Part shown: positions 13,511 to 26,013 of the stretch, in pieces
Layout: each line of letters starts with the position of its first letter
Position numbering within the stretch: position 1 is the first letter of the stretch
From: Eledone cirrhosa
Lineage: Eukaryota
DNA length: 64,000 nt
NCBI GenBank assembly: GCA_964016885.1
Contig: CAXHJY010001203.1
Coordinates: 32,853-96,852, forward strand
Direction of reading: 5' to 3'
Translations under genes and position numbers: made by a program
Notes under the pieces: generated by a model
What the model was told of the DNA's origin: nothing
Databases searched by the model: none
The model's input: only the letters and a program-made list of their open reading frames with translations

Positions 13511-14299
13511 TATTACATACACACACATAAGCACCACATACACACGCATATAGATATGAAAGAGAAGTAGTGGAGATAAGCGAGGCTGCTAGTAAACATT
13601 GCCTCGGACAATGGCTACAGAATAATTGAGTCACACATCTTTATTTTACATTCTATTTATTAAATCTCTTCTGAAGATACTTATTTGTGGATGAAGGATA
13701 TTAGGCTATAATTTCTCACTATTCTCCTAAATGAAATGTCATGATTGAAGTAAAATAACGGAAATTAAATATACTTCAAATTTATTAATGTAAAAGACAA
13801 AAAAGAAAAAGAAAAAGAAAAAGAAAAAGAAAAAGAAAAAGAAAAAGAGAATTTTAGTAATCATCTAATTAAATTATATTTAACTTCACTACATCTCAGT
13901 TCATTTATTTATATTTAAAAGCTACAGCAACCATTTTGTCTTTTAAACATACTGACGCCTGCAAATAGTTGGGATCCTTGAATATTTGCGTGTAAGAGGA
14001 GATGTTATATGTAAATATGCGAGGGATATTATGAGTAATGTTTTGGCACACTGAACATTTACATTAGTGAAAGTTATGAATGATGATAATCCCTTTAAAA
14101 TATTTCTGGTAATCGACAACAGTAAGACCTAGTTATATTTTGTGGCTATGTTCCCCTATTTGTAGATATATATCATAAAGAAATTACAGTTTCATAGGAA
14201 ACAACCTATCAGCTTCGCCCGTTATAACAGCTCGTTCTCCAATTAAATGAAAGTAGCTTAAGCATTTTGTAAACAGCAAAATATCTCTGTTTAATATGG

Positions 14300-14623
14300 T
14301 GTAGCGGCCCCTTACGGCTGTAACTCAGCCCGTATAGGAGTTACGCCCCTTTGTGACGGTCGTGACTCCCAGTGGCAGATCCATGTACTAAATGGAGTTG
14401 CGTCCCCCTGGGGACTATATATTTGAGATCGTGAGGCAATTCTCTCTCACTTCCTTCGCCCGCAACAAGAACACCTCAGACCGTGTCAAGAGATGACTCT
14501 GTCTCACTTCCTGCGACGGCAGCCTAAAGAAACACTTGAACCTTACCAAGAGAAGATTTCTGTTCTTCTCCACACACTTCGGTCTGGGAGTTGTGACCAA
14601 CTGACCATCAACATGTGGTAACA
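14300..14623 (+). mobile_element. Possible solo LTR
   Basis: GC-richer 324-bp island bounded by TGT...ACA with an internal TATATAT box. No TSD seen. Confidence 0.45.
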
Positions 14624-16924
14624 ATTATTTATATCAATTTATTTGACTTCTGTGAAGTAAAACCATGTCACAACACTCACCTGCATTTATTGTCATTCTT
14701 AAATATATATATATACACTGATACTAATATCCTAAAATGGCTTCTCTTGACTGTTACTTCAATAATAATTATGTCCATGATATAAAGTCTTATCTGTTTG
14801 TTTTCACATGTATAATGCTATTAGTATATATTATAGTATACACAACAGAAAGAATGTGTGTGTATATTTCAACATATATGTGATATAGATTAGCTTGGAG
14901 CACAGGCATTTTCAATAGATTTTATTTTTGGTACATTACTGCAAATAATGCAACCAGTAGAGACAAGAAGAAACAGATTAATATGTGTAAATATGTTGTG
15001 TGTGTGCGTGTGTGTCTGTGTGTGTGCGCGCGGGCGGGCGGGTGGTTGGGAGGGTCTTTTAGTGTGTATTCACAGATAAAAGGACTGCCTATAACCTTTT
15101 CCATAGTCTCGCAGACTGGTGGAAGTGGGGTATTGGGGTATCCTCAAACCGGAGCCTTGTCCTGAATATCTGTAAGAGAGTGGACTCAAGGCGACGGATT
15201 AAGTCTTCCACCCAAGTAAGCCACGGAAAGATCTAAGTTTAGGATGCAAAAAGCAATACCGCAAGGTATCTCGTCCAACGTTTAAGCTATTCTACCAAGT
15301 ACTGTCATGAGTTGGTGCTTTATGTTATCGGCCCTGAAAGGATGAAAGGTAATGGATGATTTCAGCGAGATTCGAACTGATGATCTGAGAACGTAGGGAG
15401 CCGGAACGAGTAGCGTAAAGCTTTACGATCTATGCTTTGACTACGTTTTGGAAATTGTGTGCTTCTTTTTACGAAATTGTTCTTGCAATGTCAACATTGC
15501 GGCTCTACGTTGAATTTGTTTGTGTAGTTAATGTTATTTAGCCCAGGTTAGCGATGATCGAGCATACCTATAATCAAACGCCTTTTAAACACAATGTATC
15601 TATGCCTACATTATAGAATTTGTCTTACATTTTCTTTATAAGATAGTAGGTTGTGATTTCAGGGAGATTTATGGCATATTGGACATTCACAATGAGTTAG
15701 CTCCTTGGATCGTTTATCACTCTGCTTCGTGTGAATTTTAAGCTATGCTCTAATTGAGGAGCTGCTATTTAGACAGCTCTAGCTTGGAAACAGTTGACGG
15801 TATCAGCTATATTGCAAGAACACTAAGAAGTGGGGAAGGGAGTTTACCGGTTAGTTCCATTTGCTATAAATAGCAGTCAAAACTCTCTCAATTTACACCT
15901 CATAATCTTTTTAAAAAGGAAAGGACACATAAAATCATGTAGTCTGAGATGATACTAAAGAGACTGGTTGTTCACAATTAAAATTTCTTTGCCCGTATCT
16001 CTGCAAGTTCAGGGCTTACCAGGGTTAACCATTAAATTACTCTATATATACTATTGTATTTTTGTAGTAAAGGTTTTATCTTATATAATTATCTTACATA
16101 ATATCAAATTTTGATATCTATATTGAGAAAAATACCTTAATGTCAGTATGAGCAACTAGTTACAGCCAGTTTGAACAGAAAGTGGTGAGAGAATTCTGGC
16201 CAGATATGGCCGGTTTAAATGCTAAAGTATTAAACTACTGCTGCTGCTGAATTGTATTTTTTATTTCGGCTAAAGTGAGATTTCGGTTATTTTGGAGGTC
16301 TTTCTTTTCTGCACTATTACCTATATTCATGTGAATCAATCTTAACTCTTGTATTGCATTTATACAGATCACCCTGGTTTATATCTATTTTTTCCATCTT
16401 TTACCCCGTTTTTATTTCTCTCGACACTTTCTAAGAGTGTGTATGAGTACATGTACACGTATCTGTCTCTGTCTTTCTCTGATTATTGATAACCCGGAGT
16501 TAAATAATGTTTTAACTAAAAATAAAAAATAAAAATACTAATGTCCATCAGAGTGTTGTAAAACGATGAGACTTGATATATATTGTATTACATGCTAACA
16601 GCCTGGATGCCTACTGGAGAAATCAGAGCTTTATGTTAAATCACTTACTTCTACCTCACTCCAGTTTCTCAACCCTTTGCAGATGGGAAAAGATGATTAA
16701 GTTGGAGAAAGTAGGTGATAATAAACGCATTCAGAGGTCATAGAATCCCCTGCAACATTCTACTGCTTATATGGAGGAAATTGAATACAGGCAAAATTAG
16801 ACTAAAACAAATTGGCTTGTCAGAACCTGTTGACTTTATCATCACCATCTGGGTGATATGGAAACTGCGTACAACGTTGTATCATAAAATATGGCGAGGG
16901 AGAAAAACGATGGGAATCAGAGAG

Positions 16925-17173
16925 AGAGAGAAAAAACAGATATAGACTGCACGTATATAGACAGACAGAAAACAGATATAGGCTGCACGTATATAGACAG
17001 ACAGAAAACAGATATAGGCTGCACGTATCGACAACGGGAGGAAGATATATATATATATATAAAAAATATATATAGGTATATAAGAGGCAGAGAAAGAGAG
17101 GGAGAGAGGGTGTGTGTGTAGGGAGAGACAGACAGAAAACAGACATAGGCTGCACGTATCGACAGCACGAGGA

Positions 17174-17175
<2 letters not shown>
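16925..17175. repeat. ~34-bp minisatellite (agacagacagaaaacagatataggctgcacgtat), about 4 copies
   Basis: Three tandem copies at 16925-17030 and one more at about 17126-17160. Confidence 0.8.
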
Positions 17176-17251
<76 letters not shown>

Positions 17252-18659
17252 ATGAGGCGGGAGAAACACTATTGAATGGGGAAGAGGGACTTGGAAAGTA
17301 TTGTGAAGGACAATAGGTGTTATAAAAGGGGAAAAAATAACGACTGAAAGTTGAAAGGGAATTCTCAGCAATGTCAATAGATTCGAGTAAAGTAGTTCAA
17401 GGGTGAAGCTAAAAATAAAGAAAAGAATAAAATAAAAGAAAAGAAAAAAGAAATAAAATATGGGTGAGAGTGAGAGAAAGAGAGATAAGGCAGAGAAGGG
17501 AAGTAAAGAAAGCTGCTTGACTGGTAATGCAGAAGAAAAGAAGACGATGAAGGTGATAGAATATCTGTTAATAGTCTGGTGGTTGTACGTGTTCAATGTT
17601 GTGAAAGGATTGAAGAAGGAAACGAGATGGGAATGGGATGAAAACTGTGAGGTTGAACTGTCAACTTGACATATTGGCCAGATAACATTTGACGTACAGT
17701 ATAAATTAAAAAAGATACAAAAGAAAAGATAAATACCACAAATCAAGATACACACGCACAAACAGACACACATTTTCCTCTGTTACGTTTAGATATCTAT
17801 CTATCTTCTCTGAAGTAGAGTCGCAATGATCGCCTGTCTAAGGCATCAGTTTTTTCTTCTCTGTGGAAGTTCCAAGAATTGATGTAGATCGAAGGTAGTT
17901 ATTTTTAGAAGTAGAATAATCATAGAATAATAGAAATAATTCGAAAATCTGTGGTTTATAATGTTATTCCACAAATAACATTCTCACATTTACGAGGGAT
18001 AATAATATATCACGTAACTTAGTATTGGCATATTTAATACAGAGAGCGTTAAAGAGCTAATTAGAAATAATTGTAGGGCAAAGAAAAATATTAGTACACT
18101 GGTAGGAAGAGTGGTGGGTAGAGCGCTGGAGAATTCACGCTCCGAGTTCAAATCTGGCCGAGGTAAATGTTGTCTTCGGCCTACTCGGGTCAAAATATAC
18201 AAATTACTAGTCAAGTACTGAGATCGATATAATCGACTGTTCACGTCAAAAATTGGTGGTGCATGGGGGCATGCACCACCAATTTTTGACGTGTGATTAT
18301 TTTAGAAACATTCATACTGAAATCAGTATGCACGGGAGATAACACGAGATTTGTTAGTCTTATTTTGAGTTCATCAGCGAAGCATAAGCTTCCCTTTCTT
18401 TACCGGAATAGCGTTGGGAAGACTATTAATAGTAAATTTTGCTGAATGTAAACTTCTTGGCATGAAAAACGAGTGGCCATTTGCATGACAAACAATAGTT
18501 AAGTTAAGGTCAGCACTTTAGATGTGGACAGCATTAAAGAGCTCACCAACAATTGTTATGTGATAATAGTTATGTAATTGGGTATTACTATTTGATACTT
18601 TTCAACAAGTATTGGAGATCGATATAATCGACTGGACATGATTTGGTAATATTATGATC

Positions 18660-18833
18660 TCATCGGTAGAGGGTCGCTCGCCATGCTTTGACGCATAGAG
18701 TTACGGCCCTTGCCATTCTGAGTTCAAATCCCGCCGAGGTTAACTTTGCCTTTCATCCTTATGAGGTCGATAAAATAAAGTACCAGTAATACACTGTGTA
18801 ATTGCTGGCCTTGTACCAAAAGAAGAAACAATT
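18660..18833 (+). mobile_element. SINE family A, young short-tail subfamily, 5'-truncated
   Basis: Matches the other subfamily copies; TSD ATTATGATCTC. Confidence 0.85.
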
Positions 18834-19054
18834 ATGATCTCTTCAGAAAAAAAAAAAAAATTAAAATAATATTAGTCGAAATTATTAATCTTTTTTTTTT
18901 TTTCAAATCTCACCGCTTGATTATTTCTGTGGAAAATTTAAATGTTTCTGACATAGAATAATTTATTATTACCTTAGTTATCGGTTCATAACAGAAGGTG
19001 GTTAGTTAATGTGGTGTGGTAAATAAATATATACATATATACCAGGTCAGAACA

Positions 19055-19238
19055 TAATTGTTTCTACTTTTGGCACAAGGCCAGCAATTAACCAGTGCAT
19101 TACTGGTACTTTATTTTATCGACCGCGTAAGGATGAAAGGCAAAGTTAACCTCGGCAGGATTTGAACTCAGACCGTAAAGGGACGTAACTATGCTGGAAA
19201 GCATGGTGTCCAACCCTCTACCGATACTGTCAATTCAC
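19055..19238 (-). mobile_element. SINE family A, young short-tail subfamily
   Basis: Near-identical to the 27236 and 57381 copies; TSD ACCAGGTC(A/C)GAACATAAT. Confidence 0.9.
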
Positions 19239-21779
19239 ACCAGGTCCGAACATAATGGAACCAAATTCCCACTGTCACTGCTTCCGTCTCTCCCGCTCTC
19301 ACCAACTCTCACTATTGTGAGCAAATGGAGACTCACGTCTTTAAACAATTCTACTTTACTATGCCAATCAGTATACACTTCTTTCTGGTGACGCTGTTGA
19401 CTGTGAAGCCTGTTTTCAGTTTAGTATATTACATTACTCTGTTTAACCTTCTGTTTGCTTTTAACTGATTCTTAGTTGAGTAAACTTTCACTAGCTCTCT
19501 GAAGTCTTAGTTTTTAAATGGTGGGAGGGAGAGCATTTGTTTTCAAACCAGATTTTCTGTCATATTTTCTTGGTGAAGTCTTTACTTTGAATGTATGTGC
19601 ACACATCCTTGTTGATTTCTGTAACTTGAACCCATGTTTTTTCAGGTTCTTTTCTCTTTAATATACATTTATCAGTGGATTGAAAGTGATAACTAATGTT
19701 CGAAATAGATCCTCTGCCTTTCGCTACAGTTTAAGTTTCTAACAATTACTTCCTTTGTAGTTATTTTGTTATTTTAAGTATTATTGTTTTGGGGGAGCAG
19801 TCCCCTTGTGCGTGTTTTTTTATATTGGCTAAAGAGGAATGGTTGAAGCTGTTTGGAGGACTCAGGTCGGCATCTGGAAGAAAGATTTTGATTTCGGGTA
19901 TCGATTTCTTTTAAACATTCGTGTTGGTCCAACTGTTTGTATTATCAAAACTGACTTAAATCAATGATTCGATCCGAATCAATCGTTTTCTTGAATAGAT
20001 TACTTATATCTAATCCCTGCTAAATAATCAATGCTTAGATCAGGCCTAAACTTTTGTTGCATTTTTCCCTTTGGCCAGTAATATCTTCTGCTATAAAGTA
20101 TAGGGGTCTTCAATTTCTGTTGTTGTTGCTGCTGTTTTTCTTCTTTTGTTTCAGTTTATTGATCAAATGCTAAGTTTCAAAAATAGGTCTCTATATAAAT
20201 GAAAATTAAACAAACATAAAACATTGTTATCTAGAACTCAAGTAACATTAAACTGAATAGGTTTGTTTCTGTTGGAAAAAAATTATCTCTATAGCTTGGC
20301 TGTTTTTTAAAAATCTTTCTCAGTAGTAGCCATATTAGATCTTCAGTAACGACAGAGGGACTGACGTCTCTTAGTAGTTTTAACATATCTAGTTGGTGAA
20401 TTGAGGTTCTCTAACAAAATAAATAAAGTGAGTGTTGTTTGTGTGTCTGCAGTGCAGAAGCTAACCGGTTATTTTTCGTAATTACACATAAAACCACATT
20501 GGGACAAATTATGTAATGGCAGGAAACTAGTAAAAGAAATCTATTAGCCAAGGGATAATCCTTTCTGTTATAATGGGATGTTACATCTGTACGAACGAAG
20601 GTAAAGCCAAAGTATTCACCAGATGTAATTTCGAATTAACCACCGAGATCACTACAATGATAGTTCATTTCAGTTATTATTTATAAACACTTCGCCTAGT
20701 TCACTTTTAGTTACGCGGGGGTGTTCAGGGTTTTTCCGAAAAACAATTTGAAAATGCATCCACCCTAACCCATTTTATATTGTTTTTAAGTTGTAACTGG
20801 CTGAGTCGAAATGCCGGTGATACCAATGCCACAAATAAAAGACTGTTCATCTCAATTTCATGGTTCATATAATACGTGCCATAGAAAGGATAGATTATAC
20901 TATGTATTACAGGTGTAGATTTCATTAGATTGTAATGTTTAATTCATGTCTTTTCACTATTTATCCACTAATGTTCTCCTTCAGCAAGGAGAGACGAAAA
21001 TTACTCAACAACATTGATGCTTCGGCAAAACGTCTTTCAGAAGCAATAAATGAGCACAAAAAATTCTGTTAAATCTGACACCTCCAATTACTTTCTGTTA
21101 GTCGTCTCTTCTACAGTTCTGAGTTATTCCACCCAAACATTCCCCACTCGAACAAATTCTGTTGATTGTTTCACTGTCACTACAAGATTATAAAGGTTAA
21201 AGAGTTATTTAATCTTCAGCTTTCCAAGTTTGGTTAAAGCAAAAACAAACAAAAAATTTACTAAGTATTTTTTTTAACGTCTCCATCTTTTTGTAAGCTA
21301 GGTATCAGTCGATATCGATGTTGACAAAAGAAAAAATTTGTGAGCTGGATTTTAAAAAGTAATAATTGATTTTTTTTACTAGAAATGTCAGTATTATAGA
21401 GCGTAGACGTCTAGTGGGAAATAAATTCTACCATTACTATTCAAACACATTTAAATATAGCTGATTCGATTATGTCAAAATATTAATTTATATAAATCTT
21501 TTAATGCTGTGTTAACATATAACTAAATCATGTTTAATGAACTTGGAGCTGAATGTTTCACGATTTCAGTTACTTTAATATTTCCTTCCTGCAATAAAAA
21601 TAAATCTTTTATTTTATAATTTAAAAATGAGGTGTTCAGTAACGTGTTTATTATTTTCTTTTCTATAGCGCCTTCCTGTTTTGTGGCATGCAAATATACT
21701 TCAACATTTTCTAGTAATTCATTTATCGATAATGGAAAGTTTATCCATTAATGAAATAATCTCTTAATTAACAGTGAAG

Positions 21780-22063
21780 CTTCAGAATTATGGGACGAAG
21801 ATATTAGAAGTCGGGTGTATTTGGTTAAAATGTCCCAGGAAAGAATCGCTGGACAGATTTTACGGGTAAAACTAACCAGTATGCGACCCAGTGGTGGACC
21901 TCGAGCAAGATGGTTGGATAACATCCATAGCTTGACTGGTCTTGCTTGGGGATCCAGCCGGATCAGTTGGAGACGGTTTCTCCTGACAGGACCTGCTGGA
22001 AAGAGTGTTTGAGGACTGTGCCCTCACGACCATCTCAGGAATGAGTGATCGAATGATAATAAT
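21780..22063 (+). mobile_element. RTE-like LINE 3' fragment
   Basis: Decayed VKMSQERIAGQIL..RPSGGPRARWLDNI motif and an (ATA)n tail; sister copy at 30400-30655. Confidence 0.65.
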
Positions 22064-22519
22064 AAGTGTGTATTTAACCTTTTCAAAAGATTGTAAGATG
22101 GAATACACATTTTTCGGGGGTGGTAGAGGGTTAATGTTTTGGTATGGAGGAAGAGACAGCGTGGTTGATGTCCTTGAACAACAGCAGGCTGAAGGCTGCA
22201 GAAAGAAAACATTGGCATTCCTGGAGAGGAGGGACGGACATAGTGGTTTGAGTAGGGATGGAGGAGCGATAAATGGGGCAAGAGAAAAATAACTCTGTTG
22301 GTCCTGAGTGGAAAGATGTTAGTCAGATCTGAAAAGGAGAAGCCACTGTAGAGATGGCTTAAAATCAGAACAAGAGATATAAAAATAGATATCGTAAAAT
22401 ATAACGGTCGGTTTTGTGTTCTTACAAATGCCATCCAGCCACGCATACATAATATTTATTATAATAGAGATTCTTGGCACGACGATTAAGTTAATCGTCT
22501 TACTGATTTTAACTAGCAT

Positions 22520-22704
22520 TGAATTGGCAGTATCGGTAGAGGTGTTGGACGCCATGCTTTCTAGCACAGTTATGTCCCTTTACGATCTGAGTTCAAATCC
22601 CGCCAAGGTTAACTTTGCCATACATCCTTACGGGGTCGATAAAATAAAGTACCAGTAATACACTGGGTAATTGCTGGCCTTGTGCCTAAAGTAGAAACAA
22701 TTAT
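22520..22704 (+). mobile_element. SINE family A, young subfamily
   Basis: ATTGGCAGTATCGGTAGAG...GTTCAAATCCCGCC...GCTGGCCTTGTGCC..AAGTAGAAACAATTAT. Confidence 0.88.
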
Positions 22705-22904
22705 CTCATATATATATATATTGCTGAGCCTGTTCAGATTCTCCATGACTAGCGAAAGGAAAGGAGGAAAATATCTTTAAGCTGGAAACTTGTTTCGAAT
22801 GTTTGCAGCAGAATGGACGCCATTGAAGTCTTCCAAGATCTAGGTAGCGATGTTAAGAACAGGAACTCCCGAGGCATTGATAAAATACACTTGCTAAATG
22901 TGCT

Positions 22905-23192
22905 ATCTAAAAGTCTAAAGTCTGTCTTAAGTCAGGGGCTCATTTGCCGGATGCTTATCCCGGTTTCATGGTGTGAAGCAACTGAAAGTACAAGACCCCC
23001 TCTCCTGGACAGGTCACCAGTCCATCCGAGGGTTAAACCTCCAGCTATTGCTGGTACTCATTTTCAGCTGAGTATACTGGAGCAACGTGAAATGAAGTGT
23101 TTTTCTCAAGAACACAACACGCAACCCAGGAATCGAACCCATGACATTATGATCGTACGTCCAACACCCTCACCACTAGGCCACGTGCCTCC
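22905..23192 (-). mobile_element. tRNA-derived SINE family B (Deu/Nin-like central domain)
   Basis: Minus strand: GGAGGCACGTGGCCTAGTGG (A box), GGTTCGATTCC (B box), GTGTTCTTGAG..CACTTCATTTCAC..AAATGAGTACC, GATGGACTGG..GTCCAGG. Superfamily named from recall only. Confidence 0.8.
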
Positions 23193-24216
23193 ACAAAATG
23201 TGCTGCACAGTTGGATAAAACAGGGAGCCTTGCAGTTGCGAAACGAATTTCTTAACTCTAAAACACCGCGTGGACCCATATTAGGGGAAAGGCGAAACAA
23301 AAGTTCTGCTGTGCTTGCTTTCCTCATTTTGAATAAAAATCAGCTTATATACTTTTCAATCAGCTTATATACTTATATTCCTTTCAGATTTTGCAGGTCT
23401 TATAAGAATATTGAATTAACCCAGTACTTTTCCGTTATGTATTTTATCGACCCCCAGAAGGATGAAGAGCAAAGCTGACCTCGGTGAGATTTGGAATCAA
23501 AACGTAGGGAGCCGTAACGACTGCAATGTATTTTGTCTGGCGATTTAAGGGTTCTGTCCATACATCGGACCGTGCTGATGGGTACGTGTTATTTATAGAT
23601 TGGCAGAATCTTTAGAGGTTCAGAAAAATGCTTTGCACTATTTGTTCCGGCTCTATACCCCCTGAGTTCCAATCCCACAGAGGTCAGCTTTGCTTTTTAT
23701 TCTTCTGGGGACAATAATATAAAATAACATAGAGTACTGGAGTCGATATAATCAACTTCCACCTATTCCCAACCTTCCTAATTGCTGGCTCTGTGCCAAA
23801 ATTAGAAACCATTATTTGTTATTCTTAGGTTTTGAATACCCCCTATTAATTTTCAGACTCTCCTCCCGCTTTTATTCGGTTCTCTTATGCAATCCAAGAT
23901 GTAATTTATGCATTTGTTGTTATGAGGATGGTATCTTCAGATGAAAATCCAATTTTGTTTTGTGATATGCCACAGGCAAAAAACACATTCTTTTCATGTG
24001 CCCAGCTGGCATCTAAGTTCCTAAAGGGTCTTCCCAGCCGTTGTGTTTACAATTTGTGGAGTGAGGCGTTATCTATGTGTCAATTAGTGAATCTGGTCAC
24101 ATGTACCCACCGCAGAACTGTGGTCGTAAATTACCAAAAGGATAGCCTTTCAACCGTAGCTAGATTTCAACAGATAGTGGGAGTAATAAAAGGAATTCTG
24201 AGGGAGGACGATATAT

Positions 24217-24398
24217 AAGGGTGGGCTGACTATGAAGAAGTGATGTTACAGCTGTGAAATCTTGCAAGCATTAATTTCAACTCTTCTTATTAATAACTGT
24301 ATTATTTCTTTCCAGAAACTATGTTGTAAAACCTACCCCATTTGGTCATTCCATGAGAATATCTTGGTCAACCTATGAACTTTTTAACAGACCCCGGT
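24217..24398. mobile_element. Degenerate Tc1/mariner-type MITE
   Basis: TA-flanked; ends AGGGTGGGCTGA and CCTATGAACTTTTTAACAGACCCC are weakly inverted-related. Confidence 0.4.
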
Positions 24399-24600
24399 GT
24401 ATATATATATATATAGATCATCATTGTACTGTAGTGTTCTCCCGTGTTGTTTTTCTGCACATGCAAATGAATCTTTATTCGTTGGTGAACAACCTTTATG
24501 TATGCAGTGGTACTAGAATTGGCTTCTTTTTCGGCTGCGATCACTGACTTCTGAAAAATTGGTCTGATTAGAAACCGCACACATTATTGTTATAACTCAT

Positions 24601-24793
24601 GGGGTGGTGGATTGGCAGTATCGGTAGGAGGTCAGACGCCATACTTTGCAGCACAGTTACGTCCCTTTACGGACTGAGTTCAAATATCGTCGAGGTTTGA
24701 ACTTTGCCTTTCATCCTTACGGGGTCATAAAATAAAGTACCAGTAATGTACTAAGTAAATGCTGGCCTTGTGCCAAAAGTAAAAACAATTATT
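24601..24793 (+). mobile_element. SINE family A, young subfamily, full length
   Basis: Subfamily consensus match; TSD approximately ATTATTGTTATA(T)CT(C/T)AT. Confidence 0.88.
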
Positions 24794-25069
24794 GTTATAT
24801 CTTATGATAATGTAAGTGTTAAAATTGGAAAAAATGAAATTTCATTTCTAACTCTTAGTACGGCTGATACTTAAATATAAGTGTACAGACATACAGTAGT
24901 ATGTATATACATACATGCACACACACATATATATATATATATGTGTACGTATGGGTTTACCGAACATTTATTATAGTGCTCGGTTTGTTTGTAAACAAAC
25001 AGCCCGAATTATTAGCCGTACAGTGTTCGGCAACCATCGTTGCCATTTTGTTCAACACTGACAAAGGAA

Positions 25070-25110
25070 CGATGAACTAGTTTCTAGCTTATTAGCTGTC
25101 ATCAGCACCG
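25070..25110 (-). ncRNA. Minimal type I hammerhead ribozyme motif
   Basis: Minus strand: CGGTG-CTGATGA-c-AGCT-aata-AGCT-a-GAAA-ctag-TT-CATCG. 5-bp stem I (one G-U), palindromic ACTAGT stem III, GUU triplet. Confidence 0.82.
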
Positions 25111-25185
25111 TATACCTTCCTGTCAGTTGATTGAACGTTTCAAAGTATATACTTTTCTTATGCATATTAACGGCTGGACAGCCTA

Positions 25186-25193
25186 ATTTGCAT
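25186..25193. promoter_or_regulatory. Octamer motif ATTTGCAT (ATGCAAAT on minus), conserved in the second copy
   Basis: Exact octamer ~76 nt upstream of the hammerhead on its strand; also at 55860-55867. Function is inferred only. Confidence 0.35.
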
Positions 25194-26013
25194 ATCGAGT
25201 GAGTTAGTCGGCCGGGCGTACCGAAAACGATAAATGGAAAAAATGAAATTTCATTTCTCACTCTTAGAATGGCTGATACTTAAATATAAGTATGTAATCG
25301 TACATACATATATGTATACAGACGTACAGTAGTATGTATATACATACATACATGCACATATATATATATGTACGTATGGGTTTACCGAACATTTATTATA
25401 ACGTCAAAATAAATAATATCAAAATCTCGTAGATTCGATACTATATTATATGAGATAACTATGTAAGACAACGCTTTTACTGTGGTAATACAATAGTAAA
25501 TATAGACTAATGTAAATAGTAAAGGGTTAACGTAATTCTCAGGAAGATTAGGCATGTCACAGTGCTTGACATAACTAGCCATTTTAATTACAAATACAGT
25601 ACACCTGACAAGCTTCTAAACAGAATCCGTCTATCCAATTTCACTCGCAATGGTTAGGTCGACAAGAGGCTATGGTAAATAACACCAAGATCCTACGCAG
25701 TAATATCGAACCCAAGGTCTAATGTTTGCGAAACGAATTCTTTAACGATTCGGCTATCACGCTACAGCAAATAAAGTCTGACGACCACTACACATTTTAT
25801 TTTTATTCGTCATAGTCAGTAATCTAAATTGTTATGTTTTATTATTTGTTGAAAAGTTCATCTTGTTCATACTTATAATTTCAAGTTATTATCATCCTTT
25901 TTGCCTCCAGACTTTTTGAGGCAGTATTCAACGGCCAGAACGTTCTTCCTGACGCCAAAGTATGGTATTTATTCCACTGATCTTCAGACCGCATCTGTTG
26001 ATCCAACTATATA

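Larger units (their letters stand above)
24826..25400 (-). mobile_element. Retrozyme-like non-coding element (about 1.4 tandem units of ~410-430 nt) with a hammerhead
   Basis: Direct repeats 24826-24975 and 25235-25400; hammerhead at 25070-25110; many local hairpins; homologous permuted copy at 55594-55972. Confidence 0.7.

Noticed and set aside
16820-17773. 317-aa hydrophobic ORF
   Set aside because: Pyrimidine-rich low-complexity DNA plus TA repeat and minisatellite; possibly an old retroelement 3'UTR.
19380-20400. Possible ancient LINE remnant on the minus strand
   Set aside because: Strand-biased composition only; I could not read a convincing conserved motif.
23110-23192. tRNA gene-like A/B boxes
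   Set aside because: These are SINE heads that continue into SINE body sequence; no complete cloverleaf.
22813-23478. 221-aa ORF
   Set aside because: It runs antisense through SINE family B and into a SINE A copy.
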